DNA from: Nitrospinales bacterium
GTDB lineage: Bacteria > Nitrospinota > Nitrospinia > Nitrospinales > JAJDAT01
Length of the DNA: 64,000 bases
Assembly (NCBI GenBank): GCA_046757665.1
Contig: JBHHYO010000003.1
Location: 1-64,000 of the forward strand
Reading direction: 5' to 3'
Shown: positions 50,425-62,879 of the stretch, one piece after another
Layout: the number at the start of each line of letters is the position of its first letter
Numbering within the stretch: position 1 is the stretch's first letter
The notes under the pieces: model-generated
What the model saw: only the letters and a program-made list of their open reading frames with translations
Told to the model about the DNA's origin: nothing
The model's database searches: none
Made by a program: the position numbers and the translations under genes

Positions 50425-52350
50425 ATGCTAGGTATGCCCGCGAAAAAGTTTTCCGCCATGCTCATCCTTGCCGGCCTGGCGTTTCTGGGGTACTTGGGAA
50501 CCCTGCACTCTCCGTTCCTATATGATGACGCACACGCCATTGTTCATAATCCCCACATTCAGGAACTGGAGAAGTTTCAGGAAACCGTCGGCATCGGCAA
50601 CATTCTCAACCGCTCCTTCGTGTTGCTGACCTATGCGTTGAATCGGGAACTCGGCAGGCTGGACGTTTTCGGTTATCATTTGTTCAATCTGGCGCTTCAC
50701 GTTTTCGTGGGTATCGTTCTGTTCTTCCTGACCGCGGAACTACTGCGCCTGGAACCGCCCGAACGCCGAGGCCGATTACAAAACCTGCCGCTCCTGGTTT
50801 CGGTCATCCACGTGTTCAACCCCATGGCCGTGGAATCGGTCACCTATCTTTCCAGCCGGTCTTCTCTTCTGGCAACCTTGTTTTTCCTGTTGTCGTTTTA
50901 TTATTGGGTACGTTTTTTGGGGCCGGATGCCGAAGTCCGGCTCTCGAAAGAAAATTTTTACTGTCTGCTCCTGATCGGCGGATTTTTTTTCCTGGGTTGC
51001 GCCAGCAAGGAAACCATCGTCACCATGCCTCTCATGGGCGTTGTGTATCTTTGGCTCAAATCTCCGGGCTTGCCAACCGGCAAGAGCCGGACCGCCGGGA
51101 TATTTATTCTGCTACCCCTTGTTCTCTATCTCGCCTACCGGACGGCCATGACAGGGAATCCTTTCGCCCTCCCCGCTGACTCGTCTTCCCATACCATGGA
51201 CAGAGTCCTTTACCTTTTTACCCAGGCCGGGGTCATGGTTTTCTATTACGGATTGAAGTTACTGCTACCGGTCAACCTGAATTTTGAACCGGACTTGAAA
51301 ATGGTTTCAGGAGCGGCGGACCCGGTGTTTCTGGCGGCGGTTGGTGTCATTCTGCTGATTGGCTGGTACGGTTGGCGTCAGGAATCCCGCCTGGTTCGGT
51401 TTGCCCTGATCTGGATGTTAGTGACCGTTTTGCCGACCTCGAGTTTTATTCCCCTCAAACAGTTGGCGGCCGAGCACCGCGCCTACCTCCCCGGCCTCGG
51501 TCTCAATATCCTGGTCGGCGTCTGGTTTTTAAACTGCGCCCACCGGACTTCCTGGATAAAACCTTTGGCGCTCTGCTTTCTTGTGTTGATGTCTACCCTG
51601 ACCGTTTTCCGGGGACTGGATTACCGGACGGCGGTCTCACTTTGGCGGGACACCGCAAAAAAATCTCCCGGAAAAGCGCTGGTGCATAATAACCTCGCCA
51701 CTGTCTTGATCGACGAAAATTTATATGACCGGGCGTCGAAGGCCATTGAAACCGCGTTGAGTCTGGACCCCCAATTCACCCTGGCTCTTAACAACCAGGG
51801 TCATATGTATTTCAAAATGGGCCGATTTGAGCAAGCTCGGGAAGTATTCGACAAACTCATATTTTTTGGCGCTCAAGATGCGAACACCTATTACAACGCC
51901 GGGATGGCCCGCGTACGGCTGGGTCAAACCAGGGAAGCCCTCCCCTTTTTCCAAAAAGCCGTGGCAATCGACCCCGATTCCGCCGCCTTTCGATTTAGCT
52001 TGGGGAATGCCTATAAAAAAGAAAAACTCTACGACCGGGCTCTGAAAGAATTCAAGCTGGCCTTGAAATACCAGCCGAATTATCCCGACGCCATTAATAA
52101 CATCGGAGTGATCTTTTGGGAGCTAAAATCTTTTGAATTGGCGGCGGCGGAGTTTCGACGAGTTCTCGCCATTCAAAAAAACCATATGGGAGCTACTAAA
52201 AACCTGGCGTCGGTCTATATGTTGCTGGGAAAATACCGGGAAGCCATTCCCTATATTAGGCGCTCTATCGCCCATGACCCGGAAGATGCCAATGCCAGGG
52301 GTTTGCTTCATATCGCGGAAACCTTGCAACACGAGGAACCGCCCGGTTGA
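50425..52350 (+). CDS. TMTC-like GT-C membrane glycosyltransferase with TPRs, paralog 2
   Basis: FLYDD, HLFNLALH, ESVTYLSSRS, SKE, EHRAYLP, TPRs. Confidence 0.85.
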   Translation: MLGMPAKKFSAMLILAGLAFLGYLGTLHSPFLYDDAHAIVHNPHIQELEKFQETVGIGNILNRSFVLLTYALNRELGRLDVFGYHLFNLALHVFVGIVLFFLTAELLRLEPPERRGRLQNLPLLVSVIHVFNPMAVESVTYLSSRSSLLATLFFLLSFYYWVRFLGPDAEVRLSKENFYCLLLIGGFFFLGCASKETIVTMPLMGVVYLWLKSPGLPTGKSRTAGIFILLPLVLYLAYRTAMTGNPFALPADSSSHTMDRVLYLFTQAGVMVFYYGLKLLLPVNLNFEPDLKMVSGAADPVFLAAVGVILLIGWYGWRQESRLVRFALIWMLVTVLPTSSFIPLKQLAAEHRAYLPGLGLNILVGVWFLNCAHRTSWIKPLALCFLVLMSTLTVFRGLDYRTAVSLWRDTAKKSPGKALVHNNLATVLIDENLYDRASKAIETALSLDPQFTLALNNQGHMYFKMGRFEQAREVFDKLIFFGAQDANTYYNAGMARVRLGQTREALPFFQKAVAIDPDSAAFRFSLGNAYKKEKLYDRALKEFKLALKYQPNYPDAINNIGVIFWELKSFELAAAEFRRVLAIQKNHMGATKNLASVYMLLGKYREAIPYIRRSIAHDPEDANARGLLHIAETLQHEEPPG

Positions 52351-52389
52351 AAAGCGATAGAAGATTGTGATAGTTTTGGTGGCAAACAT

Positions 52390-52473
52390 GCCGAAGTGGT
52401 GAAACTGGTAGACGCGCTGGACTCAAAATCCAGTGGGGGCAACCCCGTGTCGGTTCGACTCCGACCTTCGGCA
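52390..52473 (+). tRNA. tRNA-Leu(CAA)
   Basis: GCCGAAG/CTTCGGC acceptor, CTGGA-CTCAAAA-TCCAG anticodon arm, long variable arm; CCA not encoded. Confidence 0.95.
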
Positions 52474-52483
52474 CTTTTCAAAG

Positions 52484-52641
52484 AGAGCTTTGCATAAGTC
52501 GAGATTCCTCGGCATCCCTGGAGTCATCGCGAGCCGCGACAAGCGGCGTGGCGATCCAGCCGGGCCACGCCCGGGGCGCTTTTCTGGATTGCTTCGCCTC
52601 CGCGCAATGACAATCAACCAAGGATATTTATGCAAAGGTTC
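52484..52641 (-). mobile_element. Family-A element, copy 4 (both TIRs, inverted orientation)
   Basis: GAGCTTTGCATAA...TTATGCAAAGGTTC ends; core GTCATCGCGAG...GCAATGAC. Confidence 0.8.
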
Positions 52642-52642
52642 C

Positions 52643-52765
52643 TTCCCGCGGGCGTTGCCCGCCCCTGTCATGGTGAGCCAGTCGAACCATGACACCCATT
52701 GCGCTTTTCGATGTTTGATTGCAGTCAAAAGTTCAGCCCACTTCCCGCGGGCGTTGCCCGCCTCC
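52643..52765. repeat. Direct repeat TTCCCGCGGGCGTTGCCCGCC (two copies) plus family-D segment
   Basis: Identical 21-mers at about 52643 and 52742; homology with 28540-28605. Confidence 0.7.
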
Positions 52766-53016
52766 GGTCTCCGTTTTTTGTCCCTCATATATAGCGCCAG
52801 GTGCAGGTATGCGGTTGCAATAGCCTTTTTGTTCCGGCGGGTTGACGAGGCATAGGGGGGAGGTATCGGCCCGGATTTTGATATGCCGTCCGCCTTTTGC
52901 CGCTTTATTTTTTCGCGGTTTTGGGCTATTTTGATGTTCACGGCGGCATTTGCCGGTCACGAGCCGTGATGCGCCTTGCGTATTCACAAAATTTTCAACG
53001 AGATCCGTCACGAGTC

Positions 53017-55035
53017 ATGAACCATTCCGCACCCGCGAAAACCCGCAACCCGGAGCCGTCCGCCGATCCCCTTGCCATCAGCGAGGCGGCAGGCCGCGGT
53101 CCGAACGCGGAAGCGCTGGACCGCGCCATCGACCGGTCGCGCCGCTTTCTGCTTTCCCAACAGGATGAGGACGGATTCTGGGTTGACGAACTGGAGGCCA
53201 ACGCCACCATTACCGCGGAGCTGGTGTTTCTCATGCACTTCACGGACCGGGTGGACCTGGAAAAGCAGAAAAAATGCGTCCGCTACCTTCTTCATCAACA
53301 GCGGGCCGACGGCAGTTGGGCGCTTTTCCATGGCGGCGCGGGCAACGTCAGCACCACCGTCGAAGCCTACATGGCCTTGAAAATCGCCGGCAAGCCTCCG
53401 GACCGGCCCGAAATGGCCCGGGCGCGAGAGTTCATTCTGGCCAGCGGCGGCATCAAAAAAACCCGCGTCTTCACGAAAATCTTCCTCGCCATGTTCGGAC
53501 AGATTTCCTGGAAATGGCTCCCCGCCATGCCGGTGGAGTTCACCCTGTTGCCGAACTGGTTTTTCATCAACATTTATGAAATGTCGAGCTGGTCACGGGG
53601 CGTCATCGTTCCCCTGCTCGTGGTTTACGCGCACCAGCCCGTGCACCGCCTCGAGGACGACCGGGGCGTCCGGGAACTGTTTACGGAAAACGACCGCGAC
53701 CTGTCGATCCCCTACAGCGGCACGGGGCTTTCGTGGCGCAACTTTTTTGTTTTTCTCGATGGCGTCATCAAGTTTCTCGGCAAATCGCCCTGGAAACCAC
53801 TGCGCCGCCGGGCGCTGAAAAAAGCCGAGCAATGGGTGCTGGACCACCAGGAGGAACAGGGCGATTGGGCGGGCATCCAGCCGGCCATGTTCAACGCCGT
53901 CCTGGCCCTGCACTACCTCGGCTATCCCAAGGACCATCCCGCCCTCGTCAAGGGTTTCGAGGCCATCGACCGGTTCATCATCGACAAGGGCGACCACCTG
54001 GTGATGCAATCGTGCATTTCGCCGCTGTGGGACACCGCCATCGCCTGCAACGCGCTGATGGACGCCGGTTTGCCCGCCGATCACCCGGCGCTGGTCAAAT
54101 CGGGTCAATGGATGTTCAGCAAGCAGGTGGTCAAGCCGGGCGACTGGAAAATCAAAAACCCGCATACCGAACCCGGCGGCTGGGCGTTTGAGTTTTTCAA
54201 CGAGTGTTACCCGGACACCGACGACACCGCCGAAATACTGATGGCCCTGCACCGCATCGAGAATCGGGATACGCGCTTCAAGTTAAGGGAGTTTCAGCGG
54301 GCCTTGACCTGGCTACTCAGTATGCAAAGCAAAAACGGCGGCTGGGGGGCCTTCGACCAGGACAACGATCTGGAACTTTTAAACAAGATTCCCTTCGCCG
54401 ACCATGGCGCCATGCTCGACCCGCCAACGGCGGACGTGACCGGGCGCATCCTCTGGTTGCTGGGAATCCTGGGTTACAAAAAGGAACATCCGCAAGTCCG
54501 GCGAGCTATCGCCTTTGTCAAGCGCAACCAGGAAGCCGACGGCAGTTGGTACGGCCGGTGGGGCGTCAACTATGTTTATGGAACCTTCCTCGCGCTGACG
54601 GGACTGCGCTCGATCGGCGAGGCCATGGACCAGGCTTTCGTCCGCAAGGCGGTTGACTGGCTCGAGGCGCACCAGAATGAAGACGGCGGCTGGGGGGAAA
54701 CCTGCGACACCTACGAAGACCCCAGCCTGCGCGGCGCCGGCGCAAGCACCGCCTCGCAGACCGCCTGGGCCGTCATGGGACTGCTGACCGCCGGGCAAGC
54801 CAACGGCGAACCGGCGCGCCGCGGCGTCGAATACCTGATCGCCCGGCAAAACGAGGCCGGCACCTGGTGGGAAGACCAGTTCACCGGCACCGGCTTTCCG
54901 GTCCACTTCTTCATCAAATACCACATGTACCAGCACTATTTCCCGCTGATGGCCCTGGCCCGCTACCGCGCCGCCATTCGCGACGGCGCCGTCGAACCGA
55001 GAAAAAAACCACACGACGAAAAAAAGTCTGTTTGA
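53017..55035 (+). CDS. shc: Squalene-hopene cyclase
   Basis: QW repeats (QRADGSW, QSKNGGW, QEADGSW, QNEDGGW), SPLWDT, catalytic YPDTDDTA. Confidence 0.96.
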   Translation: MNHSAPAKTRNPEPSADPLAISEAAGRGPNAEALDRAIDRSRRFLLSQQDEDGFWVDELEANATITAELVFLMHFTDRVDLEKQKKCVRYLLHQQRADGSWALFHGGAGNVSTTVEAYMALKIAGKPPDRPEMARAREFILASGGIKKTRVFTKIFLAMFGQISWKWLPAMPVEFTLLPNWFFINIYEMSSWSRGVIVPLLVVYAHQPVHRLEDDRGVRELFTENDRDLSIPYSGTGLSWRNFFVFLDGVIKFLGKSPWKPLRRRALKKAEQWVLDHQEEQGDWAGIQPAMFNAVLALHYLGYPKDHPALVKGFEAIDRFIIDKGDHLVMQSCISPLWDTAIACNALMDAGLPADHPALVKSGQWMFSKQVVKPGDWKIKNPHTEPGGWAFEFFNECYPDTDDTAEILMALHRIENRDTRFKLREFQRALTWLLSMQSKNGGWGAFDQDNDLELLNKIPFADHGAMLDPPTADVTGRILWLLGILGYKKEHPQVRRAIAFVKRNQEADGSWYGRWGVNYVYGTFLALTGLRSIGEAMDQAFVRKAVDWLEAHQNEDGGWGETCDTYEDPSLRGAGASTASQTAWAVMGLLTAGQANGEPARRGVEYLIARQNEAGTWWEDQFTGTGFPVHFFIKYHMYQHYFPLMALARYRAAIRDGAVEPRKKPHDEKKSV

Positions 55036-55151
55036 TTGTCATTGCGAGGCGGCAACCGAAGCAATCCAGAAAGGATCATTCCCACCGGGCGTGGCCCGGC
55101 TGGATCGCCGCGACACCGGAGCGGTAAAGTTTCGGGTTAGGCAAAGGTCTC
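55027..55151 (+). mobile_element. Family-A element, copy 5 (overlaps the shc stop)
   Basis: TGTTTGATTGTCATTGCGAGG...GGGCGTGGCCCGGCTGGATCGCC...TTAGGCAAAGGTCTC. Confidence 0.78.
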
Positions 55152-55153
55152 TT

Positions 55154-55708
55154 TTAGAAGTGGCGCAACATTTCCACGGCGAACCGGGTGCGGTTCAGCG
55201 GTTCCGTGGCCGACGCGATGACCTCGCCGGTCGCAATATCCACCATGACCAGCTGGACGTCCAAGTTGGTGCCCAGGTCGGTGATCTTGCCGTTGACCAG
55301 GGCTTGCGCCTTGAGGGCTTCGCCGATTTCCCGGGTTTCCTCCTTGGCGTAAAACAGCGCTGGTTGCAGGTCGAGCCGAGTCAACACCTCCTGCACCTCG
55401 CCTTTTTGCGCGACGCGGAACGACTGGTCATGCGTTATTTCCTCCACCAGCCGCTGGGCGAAATAACTGCCCAGGATCGGCGTCCGGTCCTTTTCGTCCA
55501 CCAGGTCGATCACCGCCACCTTGTTGATCTCGTATTCCTCCACTTTCCCGGCGAGTTTTTTCACCAGAATGCGCGCCCGGTTGCGGTAGTATTCCGAGTC
55601 GCTTTCCGACTTGAAAACATTTTTCACCAAGTTGGAAGGCGCCATGTAAACCTCACAGGCGGAAAGAAAAATGAAGGCGGTCAGGGCGAAAAGAAATTTG
55701 GTTTTCAT
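55154..55708 (-). CDS. FlgO/CsgG-like outer-membrane lipoprotein
   Basis: Lipobox LSAC; AVIDLVD...LG.YFAQRL...IG..L.A.ALV.G...VDIATGEVIA. Confidence 0.75.
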   Translation of the reverse strand: MKTKFLFALTAFIFLSACEVYMAPSNLVKNVFKSESDSEYYRNRARILVKKLAGKVEEYEINKVAVIDLVDEKDRTPILGSYFAQRLVEEITHDQSFRVAQKGEVQEVLTRLDLQPALFYAKEETREIGEALKAQALVNGKITDLGTNLDVQLVMVDIATGEVIASATEPLNRTRFAVEMLRHF

Positions 55709-55768
55709 AAGGGTCCCGGTTGTTCGTTGGCTGAATTGAGATGCACGTTTCATGTCGAATCTGATTAA

Positions 55769-55784
55769 TGCAAAACAAATGCCA
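55769..55784 (-). promoter_or_regulatory. sigma54 promoter of the FlgO-like gene
   Basis: TGGCAT-TTGTT-TTGCA on the minus strand; IHF-like TTACAATAAGTTA at 55821-55833. Confidence 0.8.
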
Positions 55785-55979
55785 AAGACCAGCCCGCAAT
55801 CGCCCCTAGCCCAATCATCATAACTTATTGTAAAATAATGTGTTATTTTTTAGTTCGAGAAGAGGCTCCGGGATGCCGATGGCGGTTTTTTCCGCATCGC
55901 CCTGCAAATTTCTCCCTAAAGCCAAAAGTTTGACGAGCGGCACGGGCGATTGATGGGGACAGTGGAGCGCAGTTGCGGG

Positions 55980-58387
<2,408 letters not shown>

Positions 58388-58388
<1 letters not shown>

Positions 58389-59635
58389 CAGCTGGCCTGT
58401 TTTTGTTTGGTGAAGAGCAGGATCGGTTTTTCGCTGTGCAAAATCACTTCCTCGGTAATCACCACTTCGGCGATATCCTGGCGCGAGGGCAGTTCGTACA
58501 TGGTTTCCAGCATGGCCTCCTCGAGGATGGAGCGCAGACCGCGGGCTCCCGTTTTGCGCTCGTAGGCCTGCTCGGCAATGGCCCGCATCGCGCCGTCGGT
58601 GAATTTCAGCTTGACCTGCTCAAATTCAAACATTTTCTGGAATTGCTTGATGAGAGCGTTTTTCGGTTTGCTCAACACCTCAATCAAGGCTTCCACGTTC
58701 AGCTCGTTCAAAGTGGCGACAACCGAGAACCGGCCGACGAATTCCGGGATCAAACCATATTTCAACAAATCCTCGGCCTGAACTTTCACCAGGGTTTCGC
58801 CGATGTTTTTCCGGTCGCGCGCCTTGATTTCCTGGCCGAATCCCATGGATTTTTTACCGATCCGGTTGCGGATGATCCGCTCCAGGTCCACGAACGCGCC
58901 GCCGCAGATGAAGAGAATATTGGTGGTATTGACCTGCAAAAACTCCTGATGGGGGTGCTTGCGGCCGCCCTGCGGAGGAACGCTGGCGTTGGTTCCCTCG
59001 ATGATTTTCAGCAGGGCCTGCTGTACGCCTTCACCGGAAACGTCCCGCGTGATGGAGGGGTTCTCGGATTTGCGGCTGATCTTGTCGATCTCGTCAATAT
59101 AAATGATGCCGCGCTCGGCCTTTTCGACGTCGTAGTCGGCGTTCTGCAACAATTTCAGGATGATGTTCTCCACATCCTCGCCGACGTAGCCCGCCTCCGT
59201 CAGCGTTGTGGCATCGACGATGGTGAAGGGAACGTCAAGAATCTTCGCCAGGGTCTGCGCCATCAAGGTTTTGCCGGAACCGGTGGGGCCAATCAGCAAG
59301 ACGTTGCTCTTTTGCAGTTCCACATCCTCCAGATCGATTCCCGAATCGATCCGCTTGTAATGGTTGTGCACGGCTACGGAGAGAATTTTTTTGCACCGTT
59401 CCTGGCCGATGACATACTGGTCCAGGTGTTTGTAAATATCCTTGGGTTTGGGAAGATGCTTGAAATCCTCCTTTTTCTCCTGGGCCCATTCCTCGATCAT
59501 CACCTCATTGCAGAGTTCGATGCACTCGTCGCAAATATAGACCGTAGGTCCGGCTATCAGCTTTTTGACTTCCTCCTGGCTTTTGCCGCAAAAGGAACAT
59601 CGATAGTTCCCCGAACCGGCGCTTTTTTTTGCCAT
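58388..59635 (-). CDS. clpX: ClpX ATPase
   Basis: CSFCGK Zn domain, [26 protein letters not shown]. Confidence 0.98.
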
Positions 59636-59715
59636 TTATGCCCCCCAAGCCATGTTGAAAAATGGTTTCATGGTATTAACAATTCCTGCCGCTTGTCGAT
59701 CAGTCAAAGGACTCT

Positions 59716-60345
59716 TCAATTTTTTTCGGACTTTGCCGACGGCGTTTCGTCCCTGCGGGCGATCACGTTATCGATGAGGCCGTATTTCTTTGCCTCCTCG
59801 CCGGTCATGTAGTTATCGCGTTCCGTATCCGTGTGGATTTTTTTCGGGTCCCGCCCGGTATGCTTGGCAAGAATGGTATCGAGCGCGTTACGCACCTTGG
59901 AAATCTCCTTGGCCTGAATCTCGATATCGGAATGCTGGCCCTGAAAACCTCCGGAAGGCTGATGGATCATGATCCGGGAATTGGGCAGGGCAAAACGTTT
60001 GCCCTTGGCTCCCGCCGCCAGAAGCAAGGCGCCCATGCTCGCCGCCTGGCCGATACAAATGGTTTGCAAGTCCGGCTTGATATACTGCATCGTATCATAA
60101 ATCGCCAACCCCGAGCTGACGTTGCCGCCCGGACTGTTGATATAAATGAAAATATCCTGCTCCGGTTCGTCCGATTCCAGAAACAGGAGTTGAGCAATAA
60201 TCAGATTGGAAATGTGATCATCAATGGCGGTCCCCACAAAGATAATCCGGTCTTTAAGCAAACGTGAGTAAATGTCATAAGAACGCTCCCCCCGGCTGGT
60301 CTGCTCGACCACCATGGGGATTAATTGGTTGTAAGTATTGCTCAT
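59716..60345 (-). CDS. clpP: ClpP protease
   Basis: [28 protein letters not shown]. Confidence 0.98.
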   Translation of the reverse strand: MSNTYNQLIPMVVEQTSRGERSYDIYSRLLKDRIIFVGTAIDDHISNLIIAQLLFLESDEPEQDIFIYINSPGGNVSSGLAIYDTMQYIKPDLQTICIGQAASMGALLLAAGAKGKRFALPNSRIMIHQPSGGFQGQHSDIEIQAKEISKVRNALDTILAKHTGRDPKKIHTDTERDNYMTGEEAKKYGLIDNVIARRDETPSAKSEKN

Positions 60346-60484
60346 AGGCCTCTCGTGTTGGGGTGTCTGGGGGAAAAATGCTTCGGGCGGCGAACGCCGT
60401 CCCGGGAAACCGGCGGAATCCGCGGAATCACTTTTACGGCTAACTCTTTAAAAATCAACTTAATCAATGGGTTTGACCTCTCAT

Positions 60485-61819
60485 TTAATTATCGGCAATT
60501 ACCTTTTCCCTGTCAACCATTTCTTCCTTGATCTTGATTTTCTCCATCAGGCGGTCCAAGGTTTTTTCACGAATCATGCGGGTTCGCAGGCGGGCCACGG
60601 TGCCGTTTTTCTGCCAGTCCCTCTGGGTTTTTTTCGGGGTGTTGGCGCCGATGACTTTGAGAAAACTTTTGATTTCCCGGTTGAGTTCGTTTTCGCCGAC
60701 TTCGATGCCGAGGTCTTCGGTGAGTTTGCCGATAATGATTTCCTGTTGCAGGATTTTGATGGCCGCCTCACGGTGGGCGCTCTCGTCTTCAGCGGAAACC
60801 GGCAAGGCTTTTCCGGGCGTCCGGCCCGATTCGCTCTCCGCGCCCGAACGGCTTTTGGCACGCTCCGCCATGAAGCGGATCTGCTCCTGCACCAGGGTTT
60901 CCGGCACGTCAATGGGATTCATTTCCGTCAGGGTTTCGGCGAGCCGTTTTTTCACCAGTTTTTTGGCGGCCTTGTGCTCTTCCTCTTCCAGCAGGTCACG
61001 GATTTTGGTTCGCATCGCCGCCAGGTCCGCGAATTTCCTTTCCGGGTCGGCGGTGCGGGCAAACTCGTCGTCCAACTCGGGCAACTGCTTTTCTTGTATT
61101 CCCTTTAGCGTCACCTGGAAATCCAGCGTTTTGCCGGCGATTTCCCGGCCGGGATAATCGTCCGGCGCTTTAATCCGGATGTCCCGGGTTTCGCCGATGT
61201 TCATGCCGACGAGCTGTTCCTCAAACCCTTCAATGAACCGCTTCGCCCCCACTTGCAGGATATGCTCCTTGCCTTCCCCGCCGGCAAAAGGCTTGCCGTC
61301 CATCGTACCCTTGAAATCGATTTTGACAAAATCCCGGTCCCGGACCGGCCGGTCCGTCACCGGAACGCTTTTGGCGGCACGGTTTCTGTAATGCTCGATC
61401 ACTTTCTCCACGTCCTCGTCCGTCACCCGCGCAATTTTCATTTCCATTTCAATGCCGGCGTAATCCTTGATCGCGATTTCAGGAAAAACTTCCACCATGG
61501 CGGAAACCCGGATATCCGTGCCCTCCTCGGCCTGCACGTCGATATCGGCGGGCAACCCGGCGGCATTGATCCCCTTCTCCTCAATGGCGGCATGAAGGCT
61601 TTCGGAAATCAACTGGCTCAAGACCTCCTTCCTGGCATCCGGCCCCACCATTTTTTCGATGATGGATTTGGGAACCTTGCCCTTGCGGAAACCGGGAATT
61701 TTCGCCTGGTTCCCAACCCGCATCAGATAGGCATCGACTTTTTGCCGATAGACCTGATGGGGGATTTGCAGGGTCAGCTTCTTGGTGCAGGAATCAATGT
61801 CTTCGATTTCTATTTTCAT
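60485..61819 (-). CDS. tig: Trigger factor
   Basis: IPGFRKGKVP, FKBP domain FIEGFEEQL; start MKIEIED. Confidence 0.95.
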   Translation of the reverse strand: MKIEIEDIDSCTKKLTLQIPHQVYRQKVDAYLMRVGNQAKIPGFRKGKVPKSIIEKMVGPDARKEVLSQLISESLHAAIEEKGINAAGLPADIDVQAEEGTDIRVSAMVEVFPEIAIKDYAGIEMEMKIARVTDEDVEKVIEHYRNRAAKSVPVTDRPVRDRDFVKIDFKGTMDGKPFAGGEGKEHILQVGAKRFIEGFEEQLVGMNIGETRDIRIKAPDDYPGREIAGKTLDFQVTLKGIQEKQLPELDDEFARTADPERKFADLAAMRTKIRDLLEEEEHKAAKKLVKKRLAETLTEMNPIDVPETLVQEQIRFMAERAKSRSGAESESGRTPGKALPVSAEDESAHREAAIKILQQEIIIGKLTEDLGIEVGENELNREIKSFLKVIGANTPKKTQRDWQKNGTVARLRTRMIREKTLDRLMEKIKIKEEMVDREKVIADN

Positions 61820-61838
61820 ATCCGATGGTTCGGCGGTA

Positions 61839-61918
61839 TGCGAGAGGGGGGATTCGAACCCCCACGGTTGCCCACTGGATCCTAAATCCAGCGCGTCTGC
61901 CAGTTCCGCCACCCTCGC
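61839..61918 (-). tRNA. tRNA-Leu(TAG)
   Basis: GCGAGGG/CTCTCGC acceptor, CTGGA-TTTAGGA-TCCAG anticodon arm, short type II arm; upstream of tig; CCA not encoded. Confidence 0.93.
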
Positions 61919-62069
61919 TGGTTAACGGCTTGCGCCCCAAGCCGGCAAAAATTTATTTTTCCATCTTTTGCGGCGATTGTCAATTTTACCGCCGCCGCCG
62001 AAATCCGGGAAAAGGCCGCGGCCCAACGGCAACCATCCGCAAACGTTCTCCAGCGATAACCGGTGTCTT

Positions 62070-62879
62070 TTACCTGTCTCGAGCTTTGATTTTCCTTTTC
62101 GTCGGGGCGAGGAAGGAGTCGGGCCGGTAAAACCCCTTGGACAGGGTGGTGTTGGGATAAATCCAGCTGTGCTTGCCCACCAGGGTGCCGGGACATGTAA
62201 CGGTATTGCAACCCAGTTCCACATAGTCTCCCAGAACGGCGCCCAGTTTTTCCATCCCGGCGCTCATTTCCTCCCCGGACAATTGCAAGGTGATGGGATG
62301 AATGAACTCCTGATCCTTTTCCTCCGCCGTGCGGAATTGCAGATTGGCCAGGCGCGACCCGGCGCCCAGGTTCACGTAGCTTCCGAGTATGCTGTCGCCG
62401 ATATAATTGAAATGGCCGGCTTCGGTGTGGTTCATCATGATGGTGTTTTTGAGTTCGGTGGCGTGGCCGATGACGCAACGGTCTCCCACCAGGGCGTTGC
62501 CGCGAATGTAGGCCCCCTGGCGGATTTCGCAGTTTTTGCCGATGACCGCCGGCCCCTTGATGATCGCCGTCGGTTCCAAAATCGTCCCTTCATCCAGGAA
62601 AATGCCGAGCTTTTCGAAATACACCGGCGCAACGGTCTGCGTCCAGTCGTTGATGAGAAGACAAGACTCCCGGTATCGGCCTTGCCGCGCGGAAAATTCC
62701 TTCTGCGTCGTACCCTCCAGAACACCGGCCCGGTTTTCCCCGCCGGAGATTTCGGACAAAATTTTATCAAGCGCCTCGGCAAGGCATTTCAAGGGGTCCC
62801 AGATGAATTCGATATCCTCGAATATCTCCTTGTGAGCGAAATCATCCAGATGGTCGAAGTATGTGTCCTGGTTATTCAT
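62070..62879 (-). CDS. Stand-alone left-handed beta-helix acetyltransferase (GlmU C-domain-like)
   Basis: IKGPAVIGKNCEIRQGAYIRG, HFNYIGDSILG, NLGAG, KLGAVLGD. Confidence 0.82.
   Translation of the reverse strand: MNNQDTYFDHLDDFAHKEIFEDIEFIWDPLKCLAEALDKILSEISGGENRAGVLEGTTQKEFSARQGRYRESCLLINDWTQTVAPVYFEKLGIFLDEGTILEPTAIIKGPAVIGKNCEIRQGAYIRGNALVGDRCVIGHATELKNTIMMNHTEAGHFNYIGDSILGSYVNLGAGSRLANLQFRTAEEKDQEFIHPITLQLSGEEMSAGMEKLGAVLGDYVELGCNTVTCPGTLVGKHSWIYPNTTLSKGFYRPDSFLAPTKRKIKARDR

Noticed and set aside
52474-52900. Prophage or genomic island integrated at tRNA-Leu
   Set aside because: No integrase and no duplicated tRNA 3' end seen; only repeat remnants
61820-61912. N-terminal extension of tig (MAELADALDLGSS...)
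   Set aside because: It is a translation of the tRNA-Leu gene
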